A stretch of 64,000 nt of DNA from Phoronis australis (Eukaryota > Animalia > Phoronida). The translations under genes and the position numbers were made by a program. Shown piece after piece: positions 53,501 to 64,000 of the stretch. The stretch spans positions 105,058 to 169,057 of the forward strand of contig NMRA01000500.1 in NCBI GenBank assembly GCA_002633005.1. The letters are read 5' to 3'. The notes beneath the pieces are model-generated. The model was not told where the DNA came from. It saw nothing but the letters and a program-made list of their open reading frames with translations, and ran no database searches. The first letter of the stretch is position 1. The number at the start of each line of letters is the position of its first letter.

Positions 53501-56500
53501 ACTACCTGTTCAGGCGGTAAATGAAGAGAGAATGTTGACATGTAGTGAGGCTTAATCATGATGCTTTATCAATCAATTAAGCTTTAACCACCCTAACTCA
53601 GACGAATGTTTTCACGTTTGAATGCGTATGACGGACAACGAATAAGGTGACGAGTCAAAGGAGGTTCCAGAAAGTCAAAACAATGCTAAAATTTTTCAAA
53701 TTTTGACATCTTTAATTCTCTAGCTGGTTACCTCTAATCAGTAACATAATGTTGACACCGATGTTATCGCGGTTTACTTAAGATTATCTCAAACCTTATT
53801 TTGTGGCCTCTATTCAAACTCGTGTGTCAAAAAATAAAATAGATGTTGGAATGCCGTGCAGTTACCGACGGATAAGAATATAAACTAGTAAAACTAGTAA
53901 AACTAAAACGACGAGCATCGTTATTAAAATATCCCCCACGTTACGGTGTGCTACAGACTGCTGAGTATATGTAGATGGATCTAAAATAAAACGACACAGG
54001 CACATTGTCCACGCTGCCTACTGTAAGTCAGTATGTAGTCTCCTGTGCCGTTTTATTTTACATCCATCTCTATGTATTCAGCAGTCTGTAGCACACCCTT
54101 GACAAAGAGCGCATCGCTCGGAACGTGGGAATATTTTAATATATTTTAGTAACGACGCTCGTTGTTTTAGTTTTAATAGTTTTACTATCAAAAATAAGCT
54201 TTGTCAAATAGTGAAAGTATATATTTTCTGAAAAAAATCCCATAGAATATAAAATATGGTTTGTATTCTTTACCATTAATATTATTACGTTAACACCCTT
54301 TTAAGTCAAAAATTCATTTTTATGAAAGGTACATCCGTAGCTAAATAACCCCTCGGTCGATTTTGTTGGAACCTTTTTAAACGACAACTTCAACAGTTAC
54401 CTCCAAAATTTTGTTAGAAACTTTCGATTAGTCTGTTCGTTTAGTTTCAATAACAAATCAACTCGCAAAACGCAAGGTATATTTGTAAAAAATAGAATTC
54501 GTATTCGTCTTTGTTAGATTACGCAAAAACTAGACTTTTAAATCAAAAATCCTAACAGCTATTTTAAAAATGATTAATACATATTAACTTTGGAAAGTTT
54601 TAGTGAAATCTACCACGCTGTTTTCGAGAACCCGGTTACCTAAATTCAAATAAAGTCGAATTGCCGAAGCCGAGAGATAGGCGATTAAACTGTGACCAGC
54701 GAAAATCTCAAGGTCTTCGGTTAATTATTCGGTAAGAACTTGTTTTCGGTAAATATAACCTATACATGCCTAAACCATGTTAGCTATTTCAACATTCACT
54801 CGCAATGTCAAATGAATTTGCAGTGCGTAATTAACTTAATTATCATTAAAGCGTACTGTCTCCAGCCACGTGGTGGGATCAACTATTACTGTTGTTTGAC
54901 CTACTTAACTGTAGGTCACATTTCATCGTTATAGGCATACTCTGTACACATCAAGTGCCGCGAGACTGATACGAAACCAAATAAAAATGGATAACACAAA
55001 TCGAGTCGGTGATTAAAGCATGTCGTTAGCATGAGTTCGAAACAGCGAAATGTCAATTTACGTATTGAAATAAGGAATTTGGGTGAGTATTTATCTCCTT
55101 TCACAACTTGCTGTGTTCATGACCACAGAGGCGAGAGGCTACTTGTAGCATTCGTTCTCAACGGTCGTATGCATGTAGACAGAAAACTCCCTCAGGATCA
55201 AAACTACACGTATTTGTTTTCCTCGGCACAGTTAAATCATAAGTACACAACGTTTACTCAAAATTATGGTGACTCAGTCAATGGTGACTTCGGGTACATA
55301 CTGTTCTGTACCTGGCGAGAGGTTCGATTTGAGCGACAGCCTGTAAACTTTGACCTCGGGTAAGTAGTAAACAAATATCCACGCGGTTGTGCAGTTCCAA
55401 GGTGGTTCTGTTAAATCTTTTTTGTCTCCAACACGGTAAATGCTTTGAATTTGAAGTTTAACAAGAATGAAGATAAGCTATTTTGCAAGACACTTTTGAA
55501 TTAATGTAAAAATGGTCATTTTTTTTGAATAAGGTTTGAGATAAACTTAACACCATTGAGGTAAGTTCACGACTCTATTACCAACTATTTCACGTCATCA
55601 CAGGGATGACGTCAGGATTCTTACCCTCGCTGGGCTGTACGAGAAGATGTAACAGAGAATAATGTAGACCGCCATGCCACTGAGAGATACTAAATTTTTT
55701 GGTGCAACCAGTAAAGCCAGGACTAAGATCAGACCGGCGAGAAAGACAATGTAGATGAACCTGAAAAAAGAACCGTTATCGTCATTGTAATTACTCGAGT
55801 GTTTTTACGTTTTATGTAAAGTAAGAAGCACAAAAAGATGGACAATATTCCATCATCTGGGGCAAGTGTTATCAAAAGCCGGGTGACTGGTTGTAGTTAT
55901 ATGGTCGACCGCATTCACACACAACTGTCAGAGTCATAAACCATATTGTGTGGCAGTGAGTAGAATGACGTGTAAGGCCGGCTTAGCTACGACTGGGCGT
56001 ACGACTTTTGACGGAACCAGGTCCTGGTTCACGCGGATGCGTGGCTCAGGTGACCCAGTAGTTTTACTACTTTATTCCAATTGGAAATGTTGTTTTATGA
56101 AAGATTATACGGGTTTTGTTAATAATATTGTGCACTCGTTTTAGTGAAGTTGACATTACAAGCTGTTGTAGTAAATGTTTTTAGTGCTTGTTTCTATTAG
56201 CTGAGCTTGAATGTTTATACAGGTTAAATCTCCGCAAACAAGAAAAATTTCCTTAAAAGTCAATTATTAAGAACTTCGTTAAATGTTATGTTATGTTACA
56301 GTGAGTGTTTTGGGAAATAAAGGTTTTTACAAAAATAGAACTGAATGAACGAAAACATGTATACATTGTTGAAAACCCTACATTGTTGTTTTCAGTTAAA
56401 ATTTTGAGAATGCATACCATTGGAAAATATGCCAATGCTTTGAGAAAAACAAGTGCATCGGTTTGAGGCATGTTTTCCAAATCTGTTTTCCAAACAGCTT

Positions 56501-56987
56501 CTTGATGACGTAGTAGACAACACAAAAGGCCGCCAGGCAGGTGATCCATAACAATCGAATAGATTCCTCGTCTCCAAATTTGTAAATCATGGCTCCGATG
56601 AAGTAGGCGGCATAGCACAATAGAATGAAGACGTAAATACATCGCCATACGATCTGAAAATAAACGATAACAGCCTTCGTGACATCTAAAGATGAAGATT
56701 ATTGGAGTATGAATTAGAAACTGCACTTGGAGACATTTTGCACGAGAACATTATACTTACATCGTTAGGAAAAACAAGTATTTAAAACATTTATCATACG
56801 AGGCTGCATTACTTACATCTTTGTTGTCGGTGTAAAACCTTGACAGGCCGCTTTGTATGCTTCCAATGCCTCGCTGACAACGGTTGGGATCCTCCCACTC
56901 AGCGTCCTCGTGTTGTTGCCATTCAATAGGTGTCGTGGCTGTGCCGTTCATCGGAACGCCAACGTGAGTGCCATCTGCTGACTTCTC
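41490..56987 (-). CDS. SLC28A3: Sodium/nucleoside cotransporter (concentrative nucleoside transporter, CNT3-like); 12 exons in window, 5' exon missing
   Basis: Exons 56817-56987, 56418-56653, 55625-55760, 51593-51784, 49956-50117, 49065-49190, 48644-48774, 46161-46344, 43084-43168, 42707-42918, 41934-42114 and 41490-41512. All are GT-AG and phase-consistent (1839 nt). CNT motifs: [80 protein letters not shown]. Orthology to a specific vertebrate paralogue is not established. Confidence 0.95.
41934..42114 (-). CDS. SLC28A3: SLC28 exon ([16 protein letters not shown]...TACIA)
   Basis: CAG acceptor, GTGAGT donor. Confidence 0.95.
42707..42918 (-). CDS. SLC28A3: SLC28 exon ([12 protein letters not shown]...NGFMS)
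   Basis: TAG acceptor, GTAAGT donor. Confidence 0.93.
43084..43168 (-). CDS. SLC28A3: SLC28 exon ([15 protein letters not shown]...ELI)
   Basis: CAG acceptor, GTAAGT donor. Confidence 0.93.
44131..44240 (+). mobile_element. Penelope-type pseudo-LTR remnant with mutated hammerhead motif
   Basis: ctt-CCGAAGA-TGGCT-loop-AGCC-GAAACTGTC-aag (core CUGANGA changed to CCGAAGA), followed by an AATAA...TTCCAACCTTATGAAATT tail. Confidence 0.55.
44664..45820. mobile_element. Internally deleted ISL2EU-type DNA transposon in an SLC28 intron
   Basis: AT on both flanks. Imperfect TIR AGTCCTTTGGCGAGTTT / AAACTCGCAAGTGAGCT plus inverted GTGACGTCAC..GG.GCAAAA blocks. Plus-strand [16 protein letters not shown] (44826, THAP start) converges with minus-strand [33 protein letters not shown] (45698, SAP-like). 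Confidence 0.7.
46161..46344 (-). CDS. SLC28A3: SLC28 exon ([10 protein letters not shown]...ELTFQ)
   Basis: Canonical splice sites; [12 protein letters not shown]. Confidence 0.95.
46560..47950 (-). mobile_element. Degenerate HINE/Helentron-associated element (reverse orientation)
   Basis: Repeated ccaaatttcatgaaa / tagtcggat...gaaa modules similar to 26731-28017; ends with a decayed GACG microsatellite and gcatccacattt...gttg hairpin. Boundaries approximate. Confidence 0.5.
48644..48774 (-). CDS. SLC28A3: SLC28 exon ([18 protein letters not shown]...MQK)
   Basis: Canonical splice sites; KLFYPET motif. Confidence 0.95.
49065..49190 (-). CDS. SLC28A3: SLC28 exon (SEAPLMIRP...YILFG)
   Basis: Canonical splice sites; [18 protein letters not shown]. 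Confidence 0.95.
49956..50117 (-). CDS. SLC28A3: SLC28 exon (VLPVVVFFS...NIFIGQ)
   Basis: Canonical splice sites; conserved CNT gate-domain sequence. Confidence 0.95.
51185..51435. mobile_element. Short MITE (CATGCACGCACCCAG...TTGGGTGCGCGATTG)
   Basis: Imperfect TIRs with G/C-run subterminal motifs. Confidence 0.5.
51593..51784 (-). CDS. SLC28A3: SLC28 exon (VKWRPVIWG...FFAFK)
   Basis: Canonical splice sites; conserved CNT N-domain sequence. Confidence 0.95.
53880..54190. repeat. ~120-bp inverted repeat containing a hammerhead-like variant; probable inverted Penelope pLTR pair
   Basis: 53885-54000 is the reverse complement of about 54042-54187. Only the right arm has ccc-TTGACAA-AGAGC-gcatc-GCTC-GGAACGT-ggg (about 54096-54129). 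Confidence 0.65.
55625..55760 (-). CDS. SLC28A3: SLC28 exon (FIYIVF...SYSPAR)
   Basis: CAG acceptor, GTAAGA donor; [14 protein letters not shown] motif. Confidence 0.9.
56418..56653 (-). CDS. SLC28A3: SLC28 exon (IVWRCIY...HIFQW)
   Basis: CAG acceptor, GTATGC donor; hydrophobic TM segments. Confidence 0.88.
56817..56987 (-). CDS. SLC28A3: SLC28 exon (EKSADG...TDNKD)
   Basis: AAG acceptor, GTAAGT donor, phase 0-0; homologous exon in the duplicate. Confidence 0.8.
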
Positions 56988-58819
56988 CTTAAAATGAAGT
57001 AAGCAGATTCATGTGTTCAAAAGAAATCAACACATGAAATTGCTTTCTTGATATTCCACATATTACCATATATTAACTTTTTAAAAACTGGAAACCTTAA
57101 AATACATATACATGTACATTCGGCGAGCTTCCATGTCAAAATCCCTAGCCTTTCAATATCGAGATCATCTATTTCAAAAAGGAGATAACTCAAGAGAAAT
57201 CAACAAACAGTCACACTTTCTTAACACCCAATGTCATTATTATACAAATATAGATCGCTCTCGAGGCTAATATTCAGTCATGTGACTTGATATGCCGGAA
57301 TTTTGGTCTATATTTATATCTTTATACAACGTAGGTGATGACAACTGGATCGTTATTGTATATCGAGCTTCGTGATCTTCAAGTCGGTTTAAATGACTTT
57401 ACTTGGCTTGCATATCACGAATCAATATAAACTAACACAAAGTCATCATTACGTAACATATTTAGCTTACGTGCCCAACAGACCCCTTCGGATGCGCATT
57501 TACTGAATATGTGGCTAGTGACTGAATTAGGCGGCAGCAATACAGGTGCCTTCGCCGGACTCACGGGTAAAAGATTGTCCTCTCACGCCGGGAATTGCAA
57601 CTTTTCGCTCCGGAAAATTTATTGCACACAAAAATCACACTTAAAGTTTGGATTTCGAACTTCCATGTTCCTAAGGGAGACCGATTTGAAAATAGGCCAT
57701 CATTTGACTTCCATACCTGTGAATGCGTCAGTGTTCAACCGTAGCAACCGACATACGCAGTCGAAAAAAGAAAGACTGGTAAATGAGGATAAGAGAGAAA
57801 AATCAAGAGAAACATTTCACAACTCTGTATGAGTGCATGGCTTATCTGTGGAGACCCTGGCCAGGACATTGTTGTTGGAGTCTCCGCTTTCGCAGCACAT
57901 ATCGTCTAAACGCACTTGAAAACGTGCACGTAATGATTCATGCATTATATTTAGAAAAATTTAAAAAATGTAAAGCGAAGCTTTTGCGGAGCGTATTAAT
58001 TCACTGGATTTTTAAATTCAATAAGTCAAAATTTTGCGACTGCAAAACCATATTTTTCCAGAGACAGCTCTCTGGCAAGGGATAATTGAAACAACTGTTG
58101 ATTTTTCTCGAATTGTGTATCACTTGATGACCTGACAGATATCATCAATTGCTACACATATCTTTATTTTTCAAAATATTGATAATTTTATATTGAGGGG
58201 TCCCATAGGCGGATTTAGGGGGCCCAGGCTGCCGCAAAAAAAGAGCCAGAGCGTAGGGAAATGGTGAGTTTATTAATTAACCCCGGTAATTAAAATTATA
58301 CGGATGAAAAAAGATTTAAATGTGTGCAGTTTTAGCGTTGGGGGGACTCAAATTCAATTTCAAGTGTCAAATTCGGAACACGGCGCATTCCTAACGGAAC
58401 TGTGGCTAAGTATAGGCTCTCTCGCGATATCCCAGACGACCGGCAGTGGCGCTGCGCACTACGACTCCGTTTCTGTCGTCTGCTCCACTGTGCAATGAAG
58501 AAAATTTACTTTATTTTTTAAAGAAAATGGAACCTGAGTGACGATTAAAAAAAGAAGCTGCTGGTAAGATTTGAATTTTAATCGAAGCCTTAGTAAATCA
58601 CTCAGAAACTTGCAATACTCTCTATGTCAAACCTTATCTTAAGACGATTCCCAAAGCAATCCCGTCATTATTGCCAACACGATAAACGGATTTGGTCTTT
58701 TGGGCATTTGAAGACTATTTTAAATACGACAAATTTGTTAAGAATGGGGCTATTCGGTAAATCTGCAATAACTAGAGGGCGTGAGTGTACTAGTGGTGAT
58801 AGATTAAGCAGCCTCGATN

Positions 58820-58897
58820 GCCGGACGGACGCCGCCCGGACGGACGGACGGAGATGACGGCATAATGCGTCCACATATAAATATGTGGGCGCATAAA
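58820..58897 (-). mobile_element. 5' end of a HINE copy (same family as 26731)
   Basis: Reverse complement of tttatg(c)gcccacatatttatatgtgga...catctccgtccgtcc; truncated by the N join. Confidence 0.75.
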
Positions 58898-59439
58898 TAT
58901 ATCTGCTTCATCAGCCAAATTTTGGCATCGTCTAACCGCAATCTGATTCAACCGTAGACTATCCAACCGATTGCCGAGTGTGGCATAGAAACGGATAGTG
59001 ATTCCTGGGAGTGAACTTAAACAGACACGTCCACTTCTCGCTACGTTCACAGTAAATTGGACGTCTGGGCTTGTAACACCACTGACGTACATTGTAACTC
59101 GCGCTATGGCAACAATCGGAAGGATACACCAAGTATCAAACTAGACGACTCTGGACAGATACACTGTAGAAATATCCACGTGTTATTTCACGTGCAAACG
59201 CGGTCCAAGCGTTGATGAACTCTACCCTAAACTGTTTTGAGCTCTCAAACAGGCAGTATGAGCTCAACTGCAGGTTTAAAGTAACTTATTATTTTTATAT
59301 TGTATGAATCACCCCAACTTGGTTCCTGACATTAGCAATGGGGCTATTCGGTAAATCTGCAATAACTAGAGGGCGTGAGTGTACTAGTGGTGATAGATTA
59401 AGCAGCCTCGATTTCGCGAGCCTTTATTACATGGTGCAA

Positions 59440-62400
59440 ATGGCTTGTAGTCGACTTACAGTGCCCCAACTCAAATTGAGATTAGCTGAAAAAGGTGCCT
59501 CAACGAGGGGGAGGAAGCATGACCTCATAGAAAGGTAAGGTTTGTGATTTTTTTCAACGATTGTTTTATATTCTGACTTCCATATTTACAATATTTAGAT
59601 GCCTACTAACTGGGGTATATAGTNGTCGACTTACAGTGCCCCAACTCAAATTGAGATTAGCTGAAAAAGGTGCCTCAACGAGGGGGAGGAAGCATGACCT
59701 CGTAGAAAGGTAAGGTTTGTGATTTTTTTTCCAACGATTGTTTTATATTCTGACTTCCATATTTACAATATTTAGATGCCTACTAACTGGGGTATATAGT
59801 CTGATGTCGCCGTTCAGACAGGTGTATGTTATTGTTAGCCACACTTGCACTTCCTAGGGTCTTTTTGCTCATCAAAAGTATTGTTTATTTATCGAATGTT
59901 TTATGAAAGTGAAGAATGTTTAAGTGTTTACTTTTTTCAACTCAATAATGCAATAATGCAATGGCAATGGCCACAAGCGTCCTTAGTTAGATCGTCCTCA
60001 GTACGCTAGGACCAGCTTCTGATCGTCTCCAAGTCCAATGCACTACCTTGTAGTAGGATTAGTAGGCTTGGTGTATTGGGGTTGGTGACGATGAGAGCTA
60101 AGGATCTCTGTGGCCATGGCATGGTTATGTGTGAGGTCAGATGCAAGGGTGCAATCACTATATTACAATCCGAGGCACAAGTTTCAAATATGTATCTCAT
60201 GTTCAGGCCATTTGTTTACTCAACTTTACTCCCCATGATCGATGACAGGAAATTTGTTATACACTGTGTAAGCCAGTGACATGGAAGTATGCCCTATTTA
60301 TTTATTTTCCTTGATCTTTGGCTTTCAGGCTTGAAGGCTATGACCGTAATTTCAATTTCCAAGCTCAGGAGATTTGCATCCCCTCTGCAACCATCCCTGC
60401 ATGGCCAAAAGTAGGCTTTAAACAAGTGACTGTCTCACACCAGCAAGATATTCCTGATCTGCGTAGATCTGTTGTGGAGGCATATTTCCTGTATCGCCAG
60501 GTGCTCAATGGCGAAAACAAAGATGTCAAAGCACTTGAAAAGGGCCAGCTGCTTGTTGAAGGAAGGTATGTAAATTACTGTGTTAATTTACTTATCCAGG
60601 ACCTTAGTGGGAGGTAGACCTGGGGGAAGTGGTGTAAATGGGTATGTGGAAGAACGGGTGATAAGGGAGAAGCCATGGAAAACTGTAGAGGCTTGGGGGG
60701 GGGTAGGAGATCCACAAATTCTGAGTTTCAAACCTAGTTGTTTTTGGTAGCTATTGACCTATTTTCTTATTATTTCAAGGTATCCAGTCTTCCCTGCGGT
60801 GGCCTACCTACCAATGCTATTCCACTCTGAGAGACCCATAGTTGTGTATTCTCTACTTTCGCCCCATTTATTCTCATGCTCGCGATAATAGTTATGTGCT
60901 TGCGCACAAACACACCAACTATCATTCAAGGCAATGTTGGCTGCCATGTGCATACTATGGCAGTGCTCGCATTGGAGACTTTGTTCAGGTCCAAGGAACT
61001 AACATCTTAAGCCATGCGCCCGCACTTAAATCTGGGTACCATTTGTTTGTCAATATATTTAAAGTGGAAACGTCTTGTATGCTCCTCTTACAGGAATTTG
61101 ACTGAACAGAAAATCTGTCGTGCATTAATACTGATTTTCATTTTTTGATGTTGTTTTCATTTCTTTCAACTTTTTGGTTGAATTTCTTACTTATTTGCAG
61201 AAATATAGACGCCGTTAGTATGTTGAAGGATGATGCCGGTGATGTGTTTTTGTCATGCATTGTAAGAGCTGCAATGAAAAAAAAAGTGAGTACCCCTGCT
61301 GAAAAATTCTTTGTTTTCTTTAAAACTGGCGAGATCCACTTTTCTTTGAATGTAGCCATACGTTTTCCAAAAATTGTGGACTTTCTTCTAGTACAGAATT
61401 AAAGTATACCTGTATGAAACATAACATGCTCTGATTTTATAGACAATTGTTCTCATGCAGTAATACTGATATTTTATTGACAGCTCAGCTATTCATTGAA
61501 GATTAAAATTGACAAGAGTGGAGAGGTGGTGGCTAGCCACTGTGAATGCCCTTGTGGTGTTGGTCCAAGTGGGACTTGCAAGCACATTGCGAGTGTTTTG
61601 CTGATGCTGATAGAATTTAAAAACACTGGTAAACTTAGTCTTACCAGAAGCTGCACCGACATACTGCAAACTTTCCACCGACCAAAAAAGACACACAATG
61701 GTACCAATTACAAGAATGAGAAAATGTTTGGTTTTGTTATATGTTCTGTTTTGTTGCAACTAAGTACTTTATCCAAACTTACCTCCAGTCATTGTTTGAA
61801 AATTAAGCCTCTTCATCATCTAATTGGCATTACTTATCTTTTGTTTCAGGGTCACCTGTTAAAGCAGTCCACTTGGGACACCAGAAGAAGAAGGGATGCA
61901 CCCTGAAGGACCCTCGTCCCGAACAGTACCGCAGTTTGGTTGGCTATAACGATCTTGTTCAGTCCCATGTTCTTAACTATTGTGCTTTATATTCCGAGGA
62001 TTTGAGCATACGGTACCTCTACCAACGGGCAGATCTAAGGGCAGCTGTCGCCGACCATGACTACTGTGAATTACCATTTACTGAGTACTGGGTTGATAGA
62101 CGAAATCAGGTGAATCAAAATTTTGGACCATTTTTGTTTATTTAGTTGCTGCATAAACAAGCTCATAAATGATGATATATTTCATTGAATACCTTCCACT
62201 AGGTGTCTGCACAACATCAGCATTTCACATAAGTGACAAGGATGGGTTTTATTGTTCATTGTTTCAGGTCACACCGAATGATGTATGGCGGATAGAGGCT
62301 GAGACCCGAAACCAAAGCAAGAGCAAGTTGTGGTTCGTGGAAAGGGAGTGGCGCATCACTGCATCAAGGTGTGTGTGTGTGTTTTTGCGTGCGTGTGTGT

Positions 62401-63152
62401 TACTGTTAATTAATGCACACCTTTAAAACTAACGATGCTATACATATTTCATACACCCTCACTTTCTGAAAATAATTACCATATTTTTGTGAAATTGTAA
62501 AACGGTTGTCATATTGCATTTTTGAAAAACAATTTAGTAACATTTTTGTCCCACCCTTAAGTACAAGTATTCATATTTGAATAATTGTTTCAGGTTCGGG
62601 GAAATTCTTAAGGCCACTACGCGTCGCAACATGGACAAACTGTGCCAGTCATTGTTGTTTTCGCAGCATGTCCACACTCCATCAGTACTGCATGGCACTA
62701 TGTATGAACCAATGGCCTTGGAGAGATTTGAGTCAAAGTTCAAACTTAGTGTTAGGAAATGTGGATTGTTCGTGTCTGAAGATGCGCCATACTTGGCTGC
62801 TACTCCAGATGGCCTGGTTGGTGACAATGCCACAGTTGAAATAAAATGCCCTTTCAAAGGCAGGGAGTCCTGTGTGGACAGCAGTGCTGTATTTCCTTTC
62901 CTGGAGAAAACGGATAACGGTTTGAAGCTCAAGAAGACCCACAAATATTATGATCAGGTTCAGGGTCAACTTTTGGTCACAAAGCGGGTTAAGTGTTATT
63001 TTGTTGTATTTACCTTTAAAGATCTGTTTGTGGAGATTATTGAGGCTGAAGAAGCTTACAATAATGAAAGCCGTACTCCAAGACTGGAGCTGTTTTACAA
63101 GCGTTTTTACCGACCATTTGTAGCCAAGGCCGTTGAATCTGGATCCCAGTGA
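59440..63152 (+). CDS. SAP + SWIM zinc finger + YqaJ-like (lambda exonuclease, PD-(D/E)XK) protein, 7 exons, ~517 aa
   Basis: Exons 59440-59534 (or its duplicate ending 59709), 60329-60565, 61201-61285, 61484-61700, 61850-62109, 62268-62368 and 62594-63152. All are GT-AG and in frame (1554 nt), with no internal stops. Motifs LTVPQLK..L...G....GRKHDLIERL; CECPCG...TCKH; TRNQS...W...R..RITASRF; HG..YE; ATPDGL; EIKCP; YYDQVQGQL. Confidence 0.9.
60329..60565 (+). CDS. SAP-SWIM-YqaJ exon 2
   Basis: CAG acceptor, GTATGT donor, phase 2-2. Confidence 0.85.
61201..61285 (+). CDS. SAP-SWIM-YqaJ exon 3
   Basis: CAG acceptor, GTGAGT donor; VRAAMKKK motif. Confidence 0.85.
61484..61700 (+). CDS. SAP-SWIM-YqaJ exon 4 (SWIM finger)
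   Basis: CECPCGVGPSGTCKH; SCTDILQTFHRP. Confidence 0.9.
61850..62109 (+). CDS. SAP-SWIM-YqaJ exon 5
   Basis: CAG acceptor, GTGAAT donor; DPRP and DHDY motifs. Confidence 0.85.
62268..62368 (+). CDS. SAP-SWIM-YqaJ exon 6
   Basis: IEAETRNQSKSKLWFVEREWRITAS (YqaJ N-terminal motif). Confidence 0.9.
62594..63152 (+). CDS. SAP-SWIM-YqaJ exon 7 (exonuclease catalytic core)
   Basis: ATPDGL / EIKCP / QVQGQL motifs; ends in TGA. Confidence 0.93.
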
Positions 63153-63172
63153 AGTGAAAACCCACAGCATCA

Positions 63173-63409
63173 AGGGCTCGTTTCATAATTTTTTTTTCTG
63201 TTATAAGTTAGACTGAAGTCAGGCTAACTTGAATCCAAAATGTGTTAGCCTCATTTCATGAAATTTTTTAAGACCAAGATTAAGACTAAAATTGATCATC
63301 AAAGCCAAGACTGAAAGTTAACCTTTTATGCAGTGTACTTGACCTTTGGTCTTAACTTAGATAAATTGCCAGTGATAAAACTGAAGTCAGTTTTCATGAA
63401 ATGGGCCCC
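63173..63409. mobile_element. Harbinger-like MITE
   Basis: GGGCTCGTTTCATAA ... TTCATGAAATGGGCCCC termini; internal TTAAGAC/GTCTTAA-type motifs. Confidence 0.65.
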
Positions 63410-63699
63410 TGGTGTACTGTTCTTTCTCACTGAGTTACATGAGCGTTTCATTTCAGAACTATTGTAGAAATTCTTCAATTTAGAATACGTGAAAATGACA
63501 TTCAGTGCCTGCAACAAATGCCTGCTTGTGACTGGAAAAGCAGTTGACGTTACTGTTTTAAACTTTAATGATTGTTTAGAACTTTTTTCAACAGGCAACT
63601 TTATTATGCAATCCACAATATTTCATCAAAGTTTTAAAGCCCCATGCAGTGTATTTTTTGTTTTGATAAAGCTGATCTGATTGCCCTACTGGGTTGCTT

Positions 63700-63920
63700 A
63701 TTTACTTCAGTTATGTTCAATGACATTTTCTTGATCTTTAATGACCATAATGTGACACATTTCCTGGATTGGTTGAGCTCTCTCTGCATTAGCGTTAAGT
63801 TCACTATGGAGGTTGAAACTGATTTTTTTCATTTGTTGGATAGGTTGGTAACTCATGGTGACTCTGGCTAAGTTTCGTGTGCGTATTATAAAAGTACTTT
63901 ATCAGGTCTGTACTTAAGGC
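63700..63920 (+). pseudogene. Decayed Penelope-like RT fragment
   Basis: NDIFLIF...FLDWLSSL..SVKFTMEVE...LLD...YYKST..GLYL matches RT motifs also seen at 35850-36050. Confidence 0.6.
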
Positions 63921-64000
63921 GAGACATGCAAACTAGAGCTATGGTAGATGTTAGTTGTTCAGCGTTGTATTATGCATTGTGATGGGAAGCATTGCATAAT

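Larger units (their letters stand above)
59340..64000 (+). mobile_element. Probable ISL2EU-type DNA transposon (left end + exonuclease gene; other end not in window)
   Basis: Identical sequence starting AT|GGGGCTATTCGG occurs at 58746 and 59340 with unrelated upstream flanks, which marks an element end. It is followed by a SAP-SWIM-YqaJ gene, matching the architecture of 44664-45820. Confidence 0.6.

Noticed and set aside
57000-58740. First coding exon of the intact SLC28 gene
   Set aside because: No homologue of 17829-17967 was found here or further right in the window.
59338-59439. Upstream ATG at 59338 extending the SAP protein
   Set aside because: It overlaps the putative AT TSD/terminus and leaves no room for a promoter inside the element. 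ATG 59440 (or 59431) is more plausible.
62594-63152. Phage/bacterial contamination or recent horizontal transfer of a YqaJ recombinase
   Set aside because: The gene has six canonical spliceosomal introns and eukaryote-type SAP/SWIM fusions.

Overview
Animal (probably marine invertebrate; this is inferred from the repeat families and intron style) genomic DNA from a draft scaffold, with N-gaps at 6102-6663 and 37846-38717 and single-N joins at 58819 and 59624. The main host gene is a minus-strand concentrative nucleoside transporter (SLC28/CNT3-like). I traced 12 phase-consistent GT-AG coding exons from 56987 to the stop at 41490; the first coding exon is not in the window and probably lies beyond 64000. 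A partial, frameshifted tandem paralogue (exons 1-3 only) lies at 12495-17967. On the plus strand, probably inside an SLC28 intron, is an intact 7-exon gene (59440-63152, about 517 aa) encoding SAP + SWIM zinc finger + YqaJ/lambda-exonuclease domains. It starts 100 bp inside an apparent transposon terminus and is best read as the accessory nuclease gene of an ISL2EU-type DNA transposon. An internally deleted relative at 44664-45820 keeps convergent THAP and SAP remnants. The rest is TE-rich: a nested Kolobok > (Helentron-type HINE; Academ > LINE) stack at 26261-32939, other Academ-like elements, an IS3EU-like integrase fragment, a Penelope-like retroelement with a tRNA-like segment and hammerhead ribozyme motif in its 3' end, further hammerhead remnants, MITEs and several minisatellites. 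Family names come from recalled motifs, not database searches.
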